DNA of 61,578 nt, filler included, from Choristocarpus tenellus KU-1152 (GCA_964200185.2; 9 parts of 9 records of this genome joined end to end with filler, not necessarily neighbours in it); one strand, 5' to 3'; numbered from the whole stretch's first letter, positions 1-14,000 are shown. Translations and numbers: made by a program. The notes: a model not told the origin generated them from the letters alone.

Positions 1-10
1 CATATTAAGA

Positions 11-470
11 TGATGTCGAAAGTGAGGGATAGGTGAGGTGCAATACTGGAAAGAAATGATTACTTTTGAATGCAAAAATATACCGGGTATCGTGTATTTC
101 TTCGTGAACAACATGTCAACACGGGCAGCGAACTTGTTGAGGATGTGAACACAATTGGCTACTGTGGAGAATGCTTTATACTGTTGGTGAATCCAAGAAT
201 GATGTCCAAAAGTCTGAATGGGTGAGATGCAATACTTAAAAGAGATCTTACTTTTGACTGGACAAAAACACAGGGGGTCGTCCGTACTCCTTCAACAACA
301 AGTCACCACAGGCAGCGAACTGGTTCGGGGTGTGAACAGAATTGGGTACAGCGGAGAGTGGTATCTTCTGTTTGTGATTTCCAAAAATGATGTCGAAAAT
401 TCCGAATGGGTGAGGTGCAATAGAGGAGAAAAATTGTTACTCGTTGGAATGACAAAAATCGAATAGGGTT
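11..470. repeat. Degenerate tandem repeat, ~188-bp period, ~2.5 copies
   Basis: TGATGTC...GGTGAG(G/A)TGCAATA recurs at 11, 200 and 388; GCAGCGAACT recurs at 125 and 312. Confidence 0.7.
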
Positions 471-630
471 TTCTATTCCTTTCCACAAAAACAAAGGTGA
501 CTAGTGAAGTGCTGCAGGTAGTGATCAGAGTTGGCTACAGAGGAGAGTAACTTTTTATGTACATAAAGTGTGAGATGGAGTTAGGGCAACGATGCTAAGG
601 ACTGTGTTTGTGAGAGAGCATACGATCTGT

Positions 631-811
631 GACCCAAAGTATCTGAGTGGGGAGGGGCCGGGGTCTACACCAGGGTGTCCATTTGGACCGTAACCAGGAA
701 AAGTGCACTTACATTATACATCCAATGCATGCAACCAAATCACACAAAAATCGTGACATGAAAAAATTGGCCCGAAATGAACAGCTGCCACCCCCCCAGA
801 TACTTTGAGCC
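631..811 (+). mobile_element. MITE family A, full copy with 4-bp TSD CTGT
   Basis: Termini GACCCAAAGTATCTG...CAGATACTTTGAGCC; CTGT at 627-630 and 812-815; homologous to 10000-10182 and 17235-17410. Confidence 0.9.
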
Positions 812-3809
812 CTGTGTAGAAATTATTCGCTTTGTAGACTCTGTAGAGCTTGCGAGGATTTTCTAACAAGACTGTGCTGAGTCGGTCAAGGTGTATGCCA
901 GGGACACGGGGTCATGCAAATGAAGGAGAGATGCGCAATGCGATGATGGACGTTTACGAAGGGGTGTAGCAAACGCTGTTTTTTATAAACTTAGACAATA
1001 TTATTAACCATTTCAGAAATTGGGAGGAGAGGGGGGGAGAGTGGTGCATGTAGTGGCCAGCATTATCGACAAGAACAGAGATGTGTATAATCTTAAATGC
1101 CAAGCATCCAAAATAATGATGACATTATGATTTCGTTAACATGCGTGGTCCTCGTGCGAGTTTAGGTGTGGGTGGGGCTGCAATAGCATGTCTGTTTCTT
1201 TCACGAGTTGTATAAAGGAACATGATCTCAAAATGTGGGGAATAATGACGTGGACATTAGAGTCTTGCGGGGGGTTCCTTGGTGCGATTGGAGTGTTCCA
1301 TAGGAATAGGTTGCATCATGATGGATGGGTGTGTGCGTGTGTTCTGGCGAGGAATATGGCCATTTCATGTGCGGGTGTAATTGTGCTAAAAACAGGGCGC
1401 GTTGGTTGCGGGTAGAAACAGTAGAGGTAGTGTTGCATACAGTATGGTTGAGAGAAATAAGATGAGTGTGTACTTATGTTATAACACCGCGCACAGACCC
1501 TACCGTGTTCGGGGGACGGGTAAATTATTGTGTTGACTACACCTCTGAGATATTATGTCCACATTCCGATGATGAGGGTGGGAAAAAACGGTCAGAGCTA
1601 TTTCGGGAAGAATAATTTCCTAATCCTACAGAAGGGTGAACGAAGATTGGTACATATAGTGATCGGCGGGTTTGACATAACATGTTGTAAATGTTCCACT
1701 GAAATCGTTGGGGTAGAGATTGGGTGGTAAAATTTGATACGGTGCCGCGTCGAACGGGTGACGCCAACAGGACAATGACAGACATCCAACGATCATCCTT
1801 TCCCATCACATCTTCCAACGCCGATATGGGGTGCTTGCTTGAATACAAACGACTTCTGAAATAGCACACAACAAGTCATACATTCTTAGCCTCTAAACGT
1901 TTGTACGATGAGGAGGAATTGGCGCGGGTTGTAGCTGTGCGTAGAGGAATATAGGAGGAAAGGTATGCGGGTGAACACCAAGGATTGAGGCTGAATGATT
2001 TGGTTTATGCATGATGCGGCGAGTTGGTATTGGAGCTGCGATAGGGAGGTTGATCTGGCAAATCATTCATCATGCGCGGTGTGGTGTATGCTGAGAGTGG
2101 GGGAGGCAATTTTTCCTATGTGCGCTTGAGTTGAATGCTCTGGAATGATTGAGCAAGTGCATTCCGTCAAACTCACTTGTTGCCTGCTGCTTTTGACATC
2201 CTCAAGTCCAGCGATTGCGACGTCTTTCCCTGTTTGTCCTTTGCAGTGGGGCAATGTGGGCGTGTTGCAAAGCGGGCAGCGGAAACCTGTAGGGGAGGAG
2301 AATGCACGCTTGCGCTTAGCCACTGGTCCAGATGGAGGGCTCGCCACGGGTGGGTTGATTCCGGTCTCGATGTTCGTGCACCTCCTTCCCTCGTACAGAA
2401 CAGGGTCAGGTGCTTCTTCACCTCCCACTGATATAATGTCATCTTAACATACGAATATTAGGTAAATACATATACGGATGATGTATTTTGGTTTAGTACA
2501 AAATCTAAGATAAGATACGTATGAACAAAAACTCGGTCTGCATGCATTACGTATTGCACTCCTTCTCGTGTCCCCAGCAAATCAGGTTTCATTCCTTCAT
2601 ACCTTGCATGAAAATACCTGTCATTAAACGTCAAACCAATATTGATATGTTTTTTATATTTCCCAAACAACAATATGTACTTTCAAACATATCTAAACCC
2701 ATCGCAACCACGCTCTGTTAAAAAAAGATGAATATTTGGGTAGTTCTTTGTTGGGAATAAGTGAGGCATTCATTTTGTGGTATGATTGGGATGCCATACA
2801 GACATGCATGCGCCGACGACGTCATCAGAACCAATAGTTATCGACCAATAGAAGAAATAGGACACATATATACATACACCATATCCACATTTGAGAAATG
2901 AGTAAGAAGAACGACTGTCTCTCAGCTGGGACTTTGGCTCTTTCATCCCACTACTTCTTTGTCTACATTGACATTTATTTTCATTATTATGCCTTCTGCA
3001 AATATTTGGCATATATGATTCCCTGATGCGACAATCTACTTTGGAAGCATGCAGATGTAGTAGGACAGATGTCAGAATCCCATGTCGCATATATGGAATC
3101 ACATATCCATCTATTTATATTTTTCTGTTGTCGGATACTGAGGTATCCAACCAAATCACGTCCGTCATATCCACAATACACACTCGAACTTTACCTTCAA
3201 TCACTTTCTCGACTTGCCACAACTTCTTCCAAAATTGTCGTACCATAAAAAAACAATAAGTGTCCAAATGGCATCATTACAATATCATTACGTAACCGAA
3301 ACTGGCTGCATCCCCTCCCAAATAATCTGCCCCAAGGTAACAATTTTTTTCGGTAGATAGGAAGAAACAAATTATAAGCATGACAATAGGTCGGCCCACA
3401 TCCAGTCATTCACCCCTTTCGACCAGGCACAAGGAGCAGCAACACAAGCAAGTCAGGACATCTAACCAGCCTTTGCACCTCCGTACGCGGGAAGGACAGG
3501 AACCATCGCTTCTCACACGTGGGATGGACACTCCAAGGCCGTTACAAGACGTTACCAACACATGGGTTCCACTCGCGGACTCCCAAAGCACACACACCCC
3601 AATGCCCAAAAGGTATGGCTGACCTCCCATCACCACCTACCATACGCCCATTTACTTTGGGGCCCACCATATAATACGGGAAAAAGATCCGAATTCCCGC
3701 ACCGTATTATGCAACATCAAACAGAAATATTAAAAAATGAAATTTACGGATGTGCCGTATGACGTCATCATGAAAGCCTCGCATTGTATACCAAATCCGT
3801 AAGGTTAGC

Positions 3810-4630
3810 AAAAATATAGATTTCCATGCAAACAACCTCCGAATGGAAATTGAAGAAAAATACGGCCACAGTTTCTTCATAGAAGTAATGCCTAACCTTT
3901 TCATTTCTTACAAGGAATTGCGAGTATCAAAAGATGGAAAAGTGGAAATAGCTCTTGTGAAAAATATGGTTTTATGAAGTCAGGGTAAATCTATTGTCTT
4001 TTCCTCCTACACGCACCCGATGCGCATTTCTTCGCATATGACGTCGATCGGCGTCATGTCATGGGTGGATCGAGCAATACAAGTACAGGAAGAGTATTTC
4101 TCGAAAATGGAGATTTCTATGCAAACAACCTCCGAATGGAAATTGAAGAAAAATACGGCCTTCAGTTTCTTCATAGAAGTAATGCCTAACCTTTTCATTT
4201 CTCTTACAAGGAATTGCGAATATCGAAAGATGGAAAAGTGGGAATACCTCTTGTGAAAAATATGGTTTTATGAAGTCAGGATAAAGCTATTGTCTTTTCC
4301 TCCAACACGCACCCGATGCGCATTTCTTCGCATATGACGTCGATCGGTGTCATGTCGTGGGTGGATCGAGCAATACAAGTACAGGAAGAATATTTCTCAA
4401 AAATGGAGATTTCCATGCAAACAACCTCCGAACATTGGAAATTGAAGAAAAATACGGCCTCAGTTTCTTCAATAGAAGTAATGCCTAACCTTTTCATTTC
4501 TCTTATAAGGAATTGCGAATATCGAAAGATGGAAAAGTGGGAATACCTCTAGTGAAAAATGTGGTTTTATGAAGACAGGATAAATCAATTGTCTTTTCCC
4601 TTCAAACACGCACAGGATGCGCATTTTCTC
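3810..4630. repeat. Tandem array of ~295-bp units, ~3 copies at high identity
   Basis: GATTTC(C/T)ATGCAAACAACCTCCGAA starts at 3819, 4112 and 4408; near-identical ORF translations repeat in the ORF track. Confidence 0.95.
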
Positions 4631-4956
4631 CCAAAACTTGTCAGACGAAATTACGAAAGTAAGAATTAAACGGACCAGACTCCGTTTCCTTATCATCAAA
4701 AAACACTATTACACATACCTTTATCCAGAGGATCGAAGTAGGGGAAATTCTGTAACCATGCCCATAAAGACATCTACCTCAAACATGTCCATGCGTTTCA
4801 TCCATGATGAACAAGAGAAAATATATTCCCCATGGTTCGCGTGCATTTGGACGCAGTAAAAAGCACATGTTCCTCATCTCTTGTGAATTACATATCTCAT
4901 CCGGCATCCCTCCGTGACAGCTTACTTCTCTACACTTCCTCTTTCCCCCTTTTCAG

Positions 4957-6896
4957 GAAATGAGGGGTTGGGAGACCAACCAATAGCAGCACTCTCTGGT
5001 CATGGAAGAAGTCCAAGACGGATAAATCCTCGACCTATTCCACTCCATGTTTGTCGACCAATATGGCCAGAAGGAGGGAGAAGGAGACAGATACACTTGG
5101 AAGGACCTCGCCGCCTGGTTTTTGGACGAGGATAACAAGTTTGCACCATTGGCAAGGGCACTGCGAGAGTTAATGTCCGAGGAGATACCCGCACCTGCAA
5201 CCGACATGCAGGTCAGGACCTTCCTGGACTTCTTGAAGCAGGACCTGAGCACAAAACACACTCGACAGGTGTACAACTCTATCCTCGCGGCCATAGCTCC
5301 AGATGTTAAAGTGCTCAACAACGGGTGACGTCCACGGACGAATCCAGTCTGTCGGACACGGCCAAGAGATACAACATCAAGATGGACACACTCAGATCCT
5401 CGGCAGTTAAGTGCACGGAATTCATCTACGATAGGGACCACTTTTGTGCTACCTCCGTACATCATATCGGAGAGCCATGCCCCACTCCCGACACAGAAGA
5501 CGTTCAGGCCTCTGCACCACCCCCCACCAGGCAAGTAAGGGTGTCCACCCCAATGGGATATGTTTTCTGAAAGCCAAGGCTGGAACCCAGAAATCCAGCA
5601 AACCCCTGTAGAGAATAAATCTTCCACCAGGCCAATGGTATTTTTATGTAAAGGTCAGGCTTGAACCCAGATATCCAGCAAACCACGAACAAATAATATT
5701 TTCCACCAGGCCAATTGGGCGGAGTTTTTTTAAGGCCAACGTAGGTTCGAACCCATACATGTTGCAACCCCAAATACATCAATTCCTTCTACCAGGGTTC
5801 GAACACGGAACGCCGTATCCTAAAAGCATCTACAAGATTTTGAACACCCCCCCCAAAAAAATACAAGCAACTCCCAACACTTCATCCTAATTTCACTCCT
5901 TCTTATCGGTCGTGATTGTTAGGCTGAAGAAGGACAGGGAAAGGATATTCGACGCCACAAGAGACAGTTCCTCGCGACGGTTCGATGTGCAGCACCCTGA
6001 AACACACGTCCTTGGCCTAACCGTCTGGGAGAGCAACAGCACGGCCCTGCCCCACGACCCGATCACTTGGCACGATCCCGCTGAGAGAATGCACTCCTTG
6101 GACCCGAACACCAATAAAAGGGTGTGCCACCCACATGCACCGTGTCAGAAACACGCCCAGAGGTACTGCAATTCCAATTTTTTAGGAAAGAAAAAGCGCT
6201 TATATACTTCCTGCCTGCAATCTCCTCCTTCCCCCCGACAATTTATGTACACTCTCTCCTTGAAATACAATAACAACCATATACACGACGACATTAATAT
6301 TTTATATCCCCCCTGTGCACACATTTAAAACAGGGTGCAGATTGGAACCGACGACGATGTTTACGCAAACTTCAAAGAGAGGTTCGAGATGGAGGCAACA
6401 CATGGGTCAATACCATGCCTTTCCACGTTCGTCAAGTGAAGACCCTTCTACATCACCAAGGCAACTTAAAAAGTGCGTTGAGAAACACAACTGTTTGACA
6501 CATTATTCGTTCCAACAGATGCGCACAACATATAGAACCCTGCAAACGCTCAACACGTCCCATGTACTACCACCAACTCAACTGCGATACACATATCGAT
6601 CTTTGCCCCTTGCACAGTCGACAACAATGTATCGAGACCCTATCTAACCCTTATCTTTCTCCTTACGCGTAATACAGGACATGCTTGTTTGCGTTCACCA
6701 CATGGCCAGCGACCTATTGGTTCAATGCCTGAGGGAAAACTGGAACAAAGTACTCTCTCGGACGGTGGTTGGTGCCGATGGCCAACGCACTTGCGCCAGT
6801 ACCTGCGAGTTCTGTGACAAAGGCAAGGGGTGTGGCTCTCAAGATGTGAAGACTGCACTCGAGAGCGCTTTGAATATATTGGACTTCCTCCTGTAA
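4957..6896 (+). pseudogene. Decayed, intron-containing DNA transposase relic (Sola2-like N-terminal/Cys-His region)
   Basis: Exon 6334-6472 reads VQIGTDDDVYANFKERF...PCLSTFVK*RPFYITKAT. Exon from 6678 reads (T-C-x)-CVHHMASDLL...CASTCEFCD. This resembles the Y..FK...STF.KLRP....TC.C..H motif I associate with Sola2-type transposases. In-frame stops and frameshifts are present; an upstream coding-like segment 4957-5450 also has stops. Confidence 0.45.
5576..5812. repeat. Short degenerate tandem repeat (~80 bp) with GGTTCGAACC-like motif
   Basis: AGGCTGGAACCCAG, AGGCTTGAACCCAG, AGGTTCGAACCCAT and AGGGTTCGAACAC recur; TTCCACCAGGCCAAT occurs twice. Confidence 0.6.
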
Positions 6897-7582
6897 GAAC
6901 TAACCTTTTCCTGGTCCAAAGCTTCAACAACAACGTCCAACCAATGCTAAAACCTTCGACAATATCAATGCCATACGCAGATACCATCCTCCCACACACA
7001 CACCAACCTATAAACGAAATGACTTGTCTCAATTATACTAGTTGTCGTCCATGCCCAACGTTGGCCAACTTGCCAATATGCCCTTTAAACACACACAATA
7101 CAATTTCATGTATCCAACTCGGGACATTAACAGAATCCCCCCACAATGATGCCAAAACGACTGCCAAGGTGTGAGAGGACCACCCTCGAGACCCTCGGTG
7201 AGCAGTCCACGGGTGGTTCAGAAGGTGGTTGTAAAACATCTTGTGTGGATGAAACATGAAACATTTGTGACTAGACTAAGCACCCCATGTGGAAGTGCCC
7301 TTATAAGATCAACGCCCATAGTACCACGGCAACATGGAACGAGTTTGTCCACGCGTACACAACCCGATTGTGGAGGGGGACCTACCAGGAAAGACAACAA
7401 AGGATATCAAGGTGGGTGTGACATGTGCCTATACAAAGGGAAACCCTACAACACTGTGCATGTCGATTATTACAGTTATTAATCTCTCTATTGTTGTGGT
7501 ACAGGAGAGGTACTTGTTAAAGTATCCCCAAAATCATCAAAGAGGATAAAGGTGATAAACCCGGCGAGATTGCTTGGTGTCT

Positions 7583-7682
7583 NNNNNNNNNNNNNNNNNN
7601 NNNNNNNNNNNNNNNNNNNNNNNNNNTTAATTAATTAANNNNNNNNNNNNNNNNNNNNNNNNNNNNNNNNNNNNNNNNNNNN
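7583..7682. other. Artificial contig spacer N44-TTAATTAATTAA-N44 (also 16716-16815, 19788-19887, 31798-31897, 35550-35649, 39673-39772, 54193-54292, 58671-58770)
   Basis: Identical 100-bp structure eight times; the 12-mer gives stops in all six frames. Confidence 0.98.
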
Positions 7683-7710
7683 CATCCCCCCCCCCCAGAT
7701 ACTCTGAGCC
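7683..7710 (+). mobile_element. MITE family A, right end truncated by contig start
   Basis: CCCCCCAGATACTCTGAGCC matches the family A right terminus. Confidence 0.75.
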
Positions 7711-8008
7711 AGTAACCTGAGGTCAAATCAGCCTGATGCACCCATCAAGGTTGGCCTCTGTGTGGTTGGAGGATTATTTTGCTTGGCCATACCAACTGCA
7801 GGAAAAAATATGTTATAGGAGGCTATATATAGCATAGAACTCATGTATGGTGGAAAAAATCAAATAAGATGTAACCTGTGATACAGATTGCTCCAGTATC
7901 AATCAAGTTTAAAGCAATGTGGTTGGACTGACCACTCCATATTGATCTTTTCCCATCACTTACGTCTGAACTGGTCTTCTTTTAGCTCAAGCGCCAGGCT
8001 TTTCCTAG

Positions 8009-11000
8009 ATTCTACTTTCTTGCTGATGACGAACTGCTGGAACTCCTCAGCCAGTCACGCAACATATCAGCAGTTCAACCCCACCTGCGCAAGTGCTTTG
8101 ATGCCGTCTATGCACTTGACTTCGAAGACAGCCCAGCCTCCAATACTATTAATGCAATGGTATGTTGGTATCCTGCTTGCCTGACATTTTGCAACTTTCT
8201 GACAATGACTGTAGCAACATGTCTCTGTATATGGACTTGGAAATTATGATTCTGACATAGGTAGGCTATATGTAAACTCTAGTGACCTCAGTCCCCTATA
8301 ATTTCTTGCAGATCCCCTCTACCTACCAGGTTACGGATTTTTCTAGGGCGCTCTGAAGCAGTGCCATGATTGAGATGGGTGTCATGCAGAGTCTGAGAGG
8401 TGTAACAGAGCACAGAAACTATCGATTCAAATAAAGTGCATATATACTGGAACAGGTGAGCCGTGAGGGTGAGTCCGTGACCCTTGGTCCCAATCTCAAG
8501 GCCCGTGGTGTGCTAGAAGACTGGCTGATGGCTATGGAGGAAAATATGCGCAAAGTTCTCCACCGTCACATCAAGACAGCACTCCCAGAACTTGAGGCTG
8601 TTCATGTGGGTAAGCATATTTTACAGCACTGGCTTCTGTGAACACCATGATCCCTATAGCCTTCTTTGATCCATTAACTTGATCAAGCCGAGAGCAGAGC
8701 ATACCATCAATAGGCAATATTCCCCACCGAGGTGATGAGGGTCCCACAGATGGGAAAAGTGGAGATTCATACCAGAAAAGCCCAGTCTATGGTTTTAAGC
8801 TGCCCTCCAGCTAGACTTGTACCTTAGTAATGTTCTGTTGCAATGTGTGCATGGTTCCTAGGAAAAATAATACCAATAGTGTACAGAATCTATGGTAATT
8901 GATTGGTTGGAACTGGATCAGATCCAACCGCAGGAAACATCCTCAATGCCCCAAGTGAACAACATATTCTGTGTCATGTGACTTGCAACAGATGGGAATT
9001 CAAGGTCAATTGAAGGCTCTCATATTCTTACTATTGTCAAGGGAGCTGTGGCAAAGGCAAGAGCAGAATGGGTTCTCAATGGGCAGCCCTCTCAGGTTGT
9101 AACCACTGCAAACCAGATTTTTTGGACACGGTGAGATCTGCCTTCACCTCCTGCGTCCTGTGCTTTCATTGTGCCATATCAAGTTATCTTTGGTCCGTTG
9201 AGGTGATTCTTGGAATAGTTCATAAAGCTGCAATGGGATTGAGGGGGTAGGGGGCATGATGTACAGAGAGCAAGATTTGCACCAGTAGAACACTCTACAT
9301 GCCCTTCTTATATAAGAAATGCCTGATAGGATGCAATTGCCCTGCAACCTCCCCTATCATCTGAATATATGGTTTTTATGTTGGCATCACTCCTTACCTT
9401 TCAAATCAAAACTAACACTCAAGTCAACAGCAAGATACTTTGCTTACACCAGGGACACAGAGATCGCTCTCAAGAAGGAGGAAGAAGGGACAAAAGCTTT
9501 ATTGAAGTGGCTTCAGAGGGGAGCTTTGGCATTGAATGCTATCATTAGTCGAATCCAGGTAATCTAAGGGATAACCAATCGGAATTACTTTTATCTGGAA
9601 GTGCCCCACATGACTGCTTCAACCCTGTCTAGTGGCACACAGATTGCATTTGTATAAAATACTATGAAGAGTTGCTTTCCTCATGCTTTCTCTCAAGTTT
9701 TTCTCACCATCTCTCTCCCATGCTCTTGTGTTTTGCTCTTGTGTTTTGCTCTTGTGTTTTGCTTTTCCTTGGTGCGACATTACACAACTGTTACTCAACC
9801 ACCTAAAAAGGGACAATTGTCCCCTCTCCAGAGGATAATAGCTGTGGCTCTGGTTACAGCAGATGTCCATAACCGGGATGTTGTAGAGGTGCTACTCAAG
9901 GAAGGAGTGCATGATGTACATAATTTCCTTTGGCAAGCTCAGCTTCGGTGCGTTATTCCTTATATAACATTACATCTGTCTTGACAGAAGACATGAATAG
10001 GCTCAAAGTATCTGGGGGGGAGAGGGGTCTACACCAGGGTGTCCTTTCGAGCCCTGACTAGGAGAAGTGAACATACATTCATTATCCATCCGATGCATGC
10101 AACCAAATAACCTAAAAATCGTGACATGGAAAATTGGACCCTGAATGGACAGCCATCACCCCCCCCTCAGATACTTTGAGTCAATAGATTGATACACATG
10201 GCATTGAAGTATCAAAAATGCATTCCAAAGAATTCTGGAGTAGCATGGAACCAACTGCAAACTGGTCTGCAAAATGCAGACTCTACACGTAACCTGTCTT
10301 CCAGCTCAGGAAGGATTTCAAATTGTGGAGGATTCAGGGGATGCCTTCCACTGTATACAAGTACCAAGCACCTCCTAACCCTTACACAGCTCATGTGTTT
10401 GAAATTATGCACCAAATATTGACCCAGCATGTACTGGGATGCTGACACAGTCAAGGCTCGCCACAGCACAGTCGAAGTCAAATATGGCTTTGAGTACGAG
10501 GGGGCAACCACACGCCTAGTGATCACTCCACTAACAGAGCGATGCTGGATGACCATTACGGGTGCCCTTGAATTTAAACTTGGGGCAAATCCCCTTGGAC
10601 CTGCAGGGACCGGTAAAACTGAGTCTTCCAAGGACCTTGCCAAGGGACTTGGTACACAGGTAACACCTTTACAGTTTCAGAGCGTCTCAGAGTTTAAATC
10701 AACCATAAGAACACCAATTTCTTCCTCAGAATTATGAGTGTGTTCGTTGTACTACTACTTCTGTTGCAACCTTTCCTTGATTTACATGAGACTGCACCAG
10801 TGAACACTTTTGTAATATGGTACACTGTGTTGCTGTTTCGAAAAATGAACTATTTGTCTTGTTTTGGGTGTTATACTCCCACTCTACCATCCCAATTGAC
10901 TAAGGAACAACACACTTTGAAGAAAGGATGTAGTATTGGAGTTGATCCATATTGTATCACGCCCAAGAGGAAACAGATTTTCCATAATCATTCTTGCTGG

Positions 11001-14000
11001 TGCACGAGCAATGGGGAATGGTGCATGTGCGTTTGAGAGCCTTCTCCAACACTGTAATGCTAGCACCTTCCTGCTGCTGTACTGAAGGAAATCTACAAGT
11101 CTCTACTGTCCCCCGCCTCACTCAGTTCTTTTTGTTCTTGAAAGTTACTCTGAACATGCTCCTCTTCTCATCCATTTAGACATACTTGGATGTAGTGCTT
11201 TGATCACAAACAAATTGTCGTGAGTGAAAGTATCTTAGGGGTACGAGCTTTTCCCTGTTTGTCCATTTGGGGTTGGACTTCCTATGGGTTTTTAATGACA
11301 TTTTACCTACCCCAAAATGTTTCGGAGCAGGTAAAATTTATGCGTTATGAAAAGGTGTCCAGAACAAGGGTATTGACACTTCCTAACAAACACGATAGCC
11401 AAAATTGCATCAAAATCGCAACATTGGATTGAAGCCCCCAAATGGACGAGTCTCTACCCTCTAAGATACTTTGGATCCCATGCCCTTTGTCCCCTGCCGC
11501 ACACACAGTGCATTGTTTTCAATTGTTCTGACCAGATTGACCATGCTATGACAGCCAGGCTGTTTTCTGGACTTGCTCAAACAGGCGCATGGACTTGTCT
11601 GGATGAATTTAACCGCATTGACATTGAAGTACTCTCCGTTATTGCTCAGCAGGTGCAGTATTGTCAGATGCAGATATAGAAGCTATTGATACATTGCTGT
11701 GGTTCACAAGACAATACTTGATTACAATAGCTCCACCTCATCTCCAAAATAATCGAATGCTTTGCTGCCTTCTGTATTGCTGGAGATTGGTGCTGATCTC
11801 CTTCAAGTCAAGATTCATATAAATCGCTGGACAAAAGCAATACTACTGAATAGGTTTTTCGCACTATTTCCCACCTTGCAGCTCATAATGCTGCGGCAAG
11901 CTCGTTTGGCATCTTCACCAAGTTTGATTTTTGAAGGGCGATCAATTTGTCTGAAAGAGCATCATGTGATTGTTACTATGAACCCAGGATATGTGGGAAG
12001 GACAGAGCTCCCAAGCAATTTGCAGGTAAGTCACGCAAAGTATTGTATTGCTGAATCCATTAAAAAAAAACTTGGCCTCTGATCTGAATCTCCAATCTTG
12101 AATTATCATATGCAGCATTGTGGCCTAGTTCAAGAAGTAGATTGGTATACAGTCAAGTGAGACTGCATGCTATCTGCTTCTGTGTGGTTGTTTTGAGCAG
12201 AGCAATATTTCTGTGAATTCTAACTTGATCATCCTCACAATATGTTGGATGTGGGGTAAGTCAGGGATGGATTGAAAGTATCTTAGAGGGTATGAGTTTT
12301 GCCCTGTTTGTCCATTTGGGGCTTGGTTTCCCAAGGGTTTTTTAATGACATTTTCCTACTCCAAAATGTTTAGGAGTAGGTAAAATGTATACGTTATGAA
12401 AAGGTGTCTCTGGAACAAGGATATTGACACTTCCTAACTAACACGATAGTCAAAATTGCATCAAAATCGCAACATTGGAATTTGGTCCCCAAAAGAACAC
12501 GGCTCTACCCTCTAAGATACTTTGGCTCATGCTTTGGGATATGAATTCCAAATCATCAATGTGTTGAAAGTGTGTGTGTGTGTTACACCCAGGCATATGT
12601 GTGTATGGTCATACAAGCATCCAGGCATATATGTTAGAATCAGCACCTTGCTTCAAGCGACATGGAACTCCATTATCTGACATATAGGTGTGCTTCCGCC
12701 CTGTGGCTATGATGGTTCCAGATTACTCACTCATTGCAGAAATCATCCTCTTCAGTGAAGGTTTTGAGGGTGCGAAGGTGAGAGTATGCAATTTTTTCAC
12801 ATATAGCAAAGCAACATTGTGCTCCAAGGCTCTCTGACAAGTTACATGCAACGCATTTGGGTGTAAGTTGGAGCCTGTTAACAACTTGGAACCCGTCAGT
12901 ATGAAGTGTACCAAATAGCTGCTGGCAAATACAAACCGTTATGCTCCCCATCTTTATCTTTGTCACTGATGGTTTTTGCTGTGGAGGTTTAAACAACAGC
13001 CCAAGAAAAATAAAGGAGTTCTGTCTGTCACCCAAACTGTCCCTGCTATTAACCCTGTAGACCTTATCCATTTTCCCATCTCACCAGAACTTGAGTGAAA
13101 AGGTTGCTACACTGGCTCGCCTCTCCTCAGAGCAACTGACTCGACAGCCTCACTATGACTTTGGCATGCGTGCTGTAAAGTCTGTTCTTGTGGTTGCTGG
13201 TGAAATGAAGCGGACTGGGACTTGTGAAAATGCAGACAGTGAGGAGGATGTGCTCATAAAGGTAGAGAGTCAAGTAAATGTGATTCAAGTCTCAGCGTAT
13301 TGTTTTTGGGGAGTAAGTGAGAACAATATTTTTGGGGGGGTTTGTGCTACTGGGGAAAAACAGCTTTACTATTATTGCACAAGTGATGTGTGGATTCAAG
13401 GTACAAAGCAATTGCCACATGCTGAGAGGGGACTTGCACAGGGACTAATTGGAATACCCTACCTTGAACAATCTGGACTTCTTGGTACCCAAGTCATTTT
13501 TCCCTTCTTACAGGCACTGTGCAGCAGCAATCTCCCTAAACTGCTGGAAGGGGATGCCCCTCTTTTTTCTGCAATTTTGGGAGACATTTTCCCTGGAAAA
13601 TCTGTCACACTCCCAAGGCATGATGAGTTGCACCACGGCGTTGCAGCTGCAGCAAACTTGTTGGGACTCCAGCGGGCAAGTGAGCAAGAAATCAAGGTGG
13701 ATCAGCTCCATGAGACGCTTGAGGTGAGATAGACAAAAAATGAGGCCATGTCTACCTCTTCACATCTTTTCCATTGCTTTTTTGCAGTTGTCCAGTGGCA
13801 CTGAAAATGCTTTGTACTCGTACTTGTATTTGTACTTGTAACGCAATTACTTTGTACTACTAGTACTTGTATTTGTACTTGTAACGCAATTACTTTGTAC
13901 TACTAGTACTTGTATTTGTACTTGTAACGCAATTACTTTGTACTACTAGTACTTGTGATATATGCAAGGAAGGAGGGGGGATAATCTCCTACAAGGACCC

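Noticed and set aside
1500-3400. Minus-strand exon-like pieces, e.g. the CPLC..PHC segment at 2177-2428
   Set aside because: No family recognisable and no consistent gene model; possibly transposon debris
3810-4630. CRISPR-like array or repeated small ORFs (MRISSHMTS..., MKRLGITS...)
   Set aside because: Units repeat over their whole length with no unique spacers, and indels between units break frames
6334-6896. RecQ helicase motif VI (QTS.R..RDG) and Zn domain
   Set aside because: Needs a frameshift, no other helicase motifs were found, and the alternative frame gives a better transposase-like motif
13820-13956. CRISPR-like direct repeats
   Set aside because: Head-to-tail minisatellite without spacers in a eukaryotic intron; no cas genes
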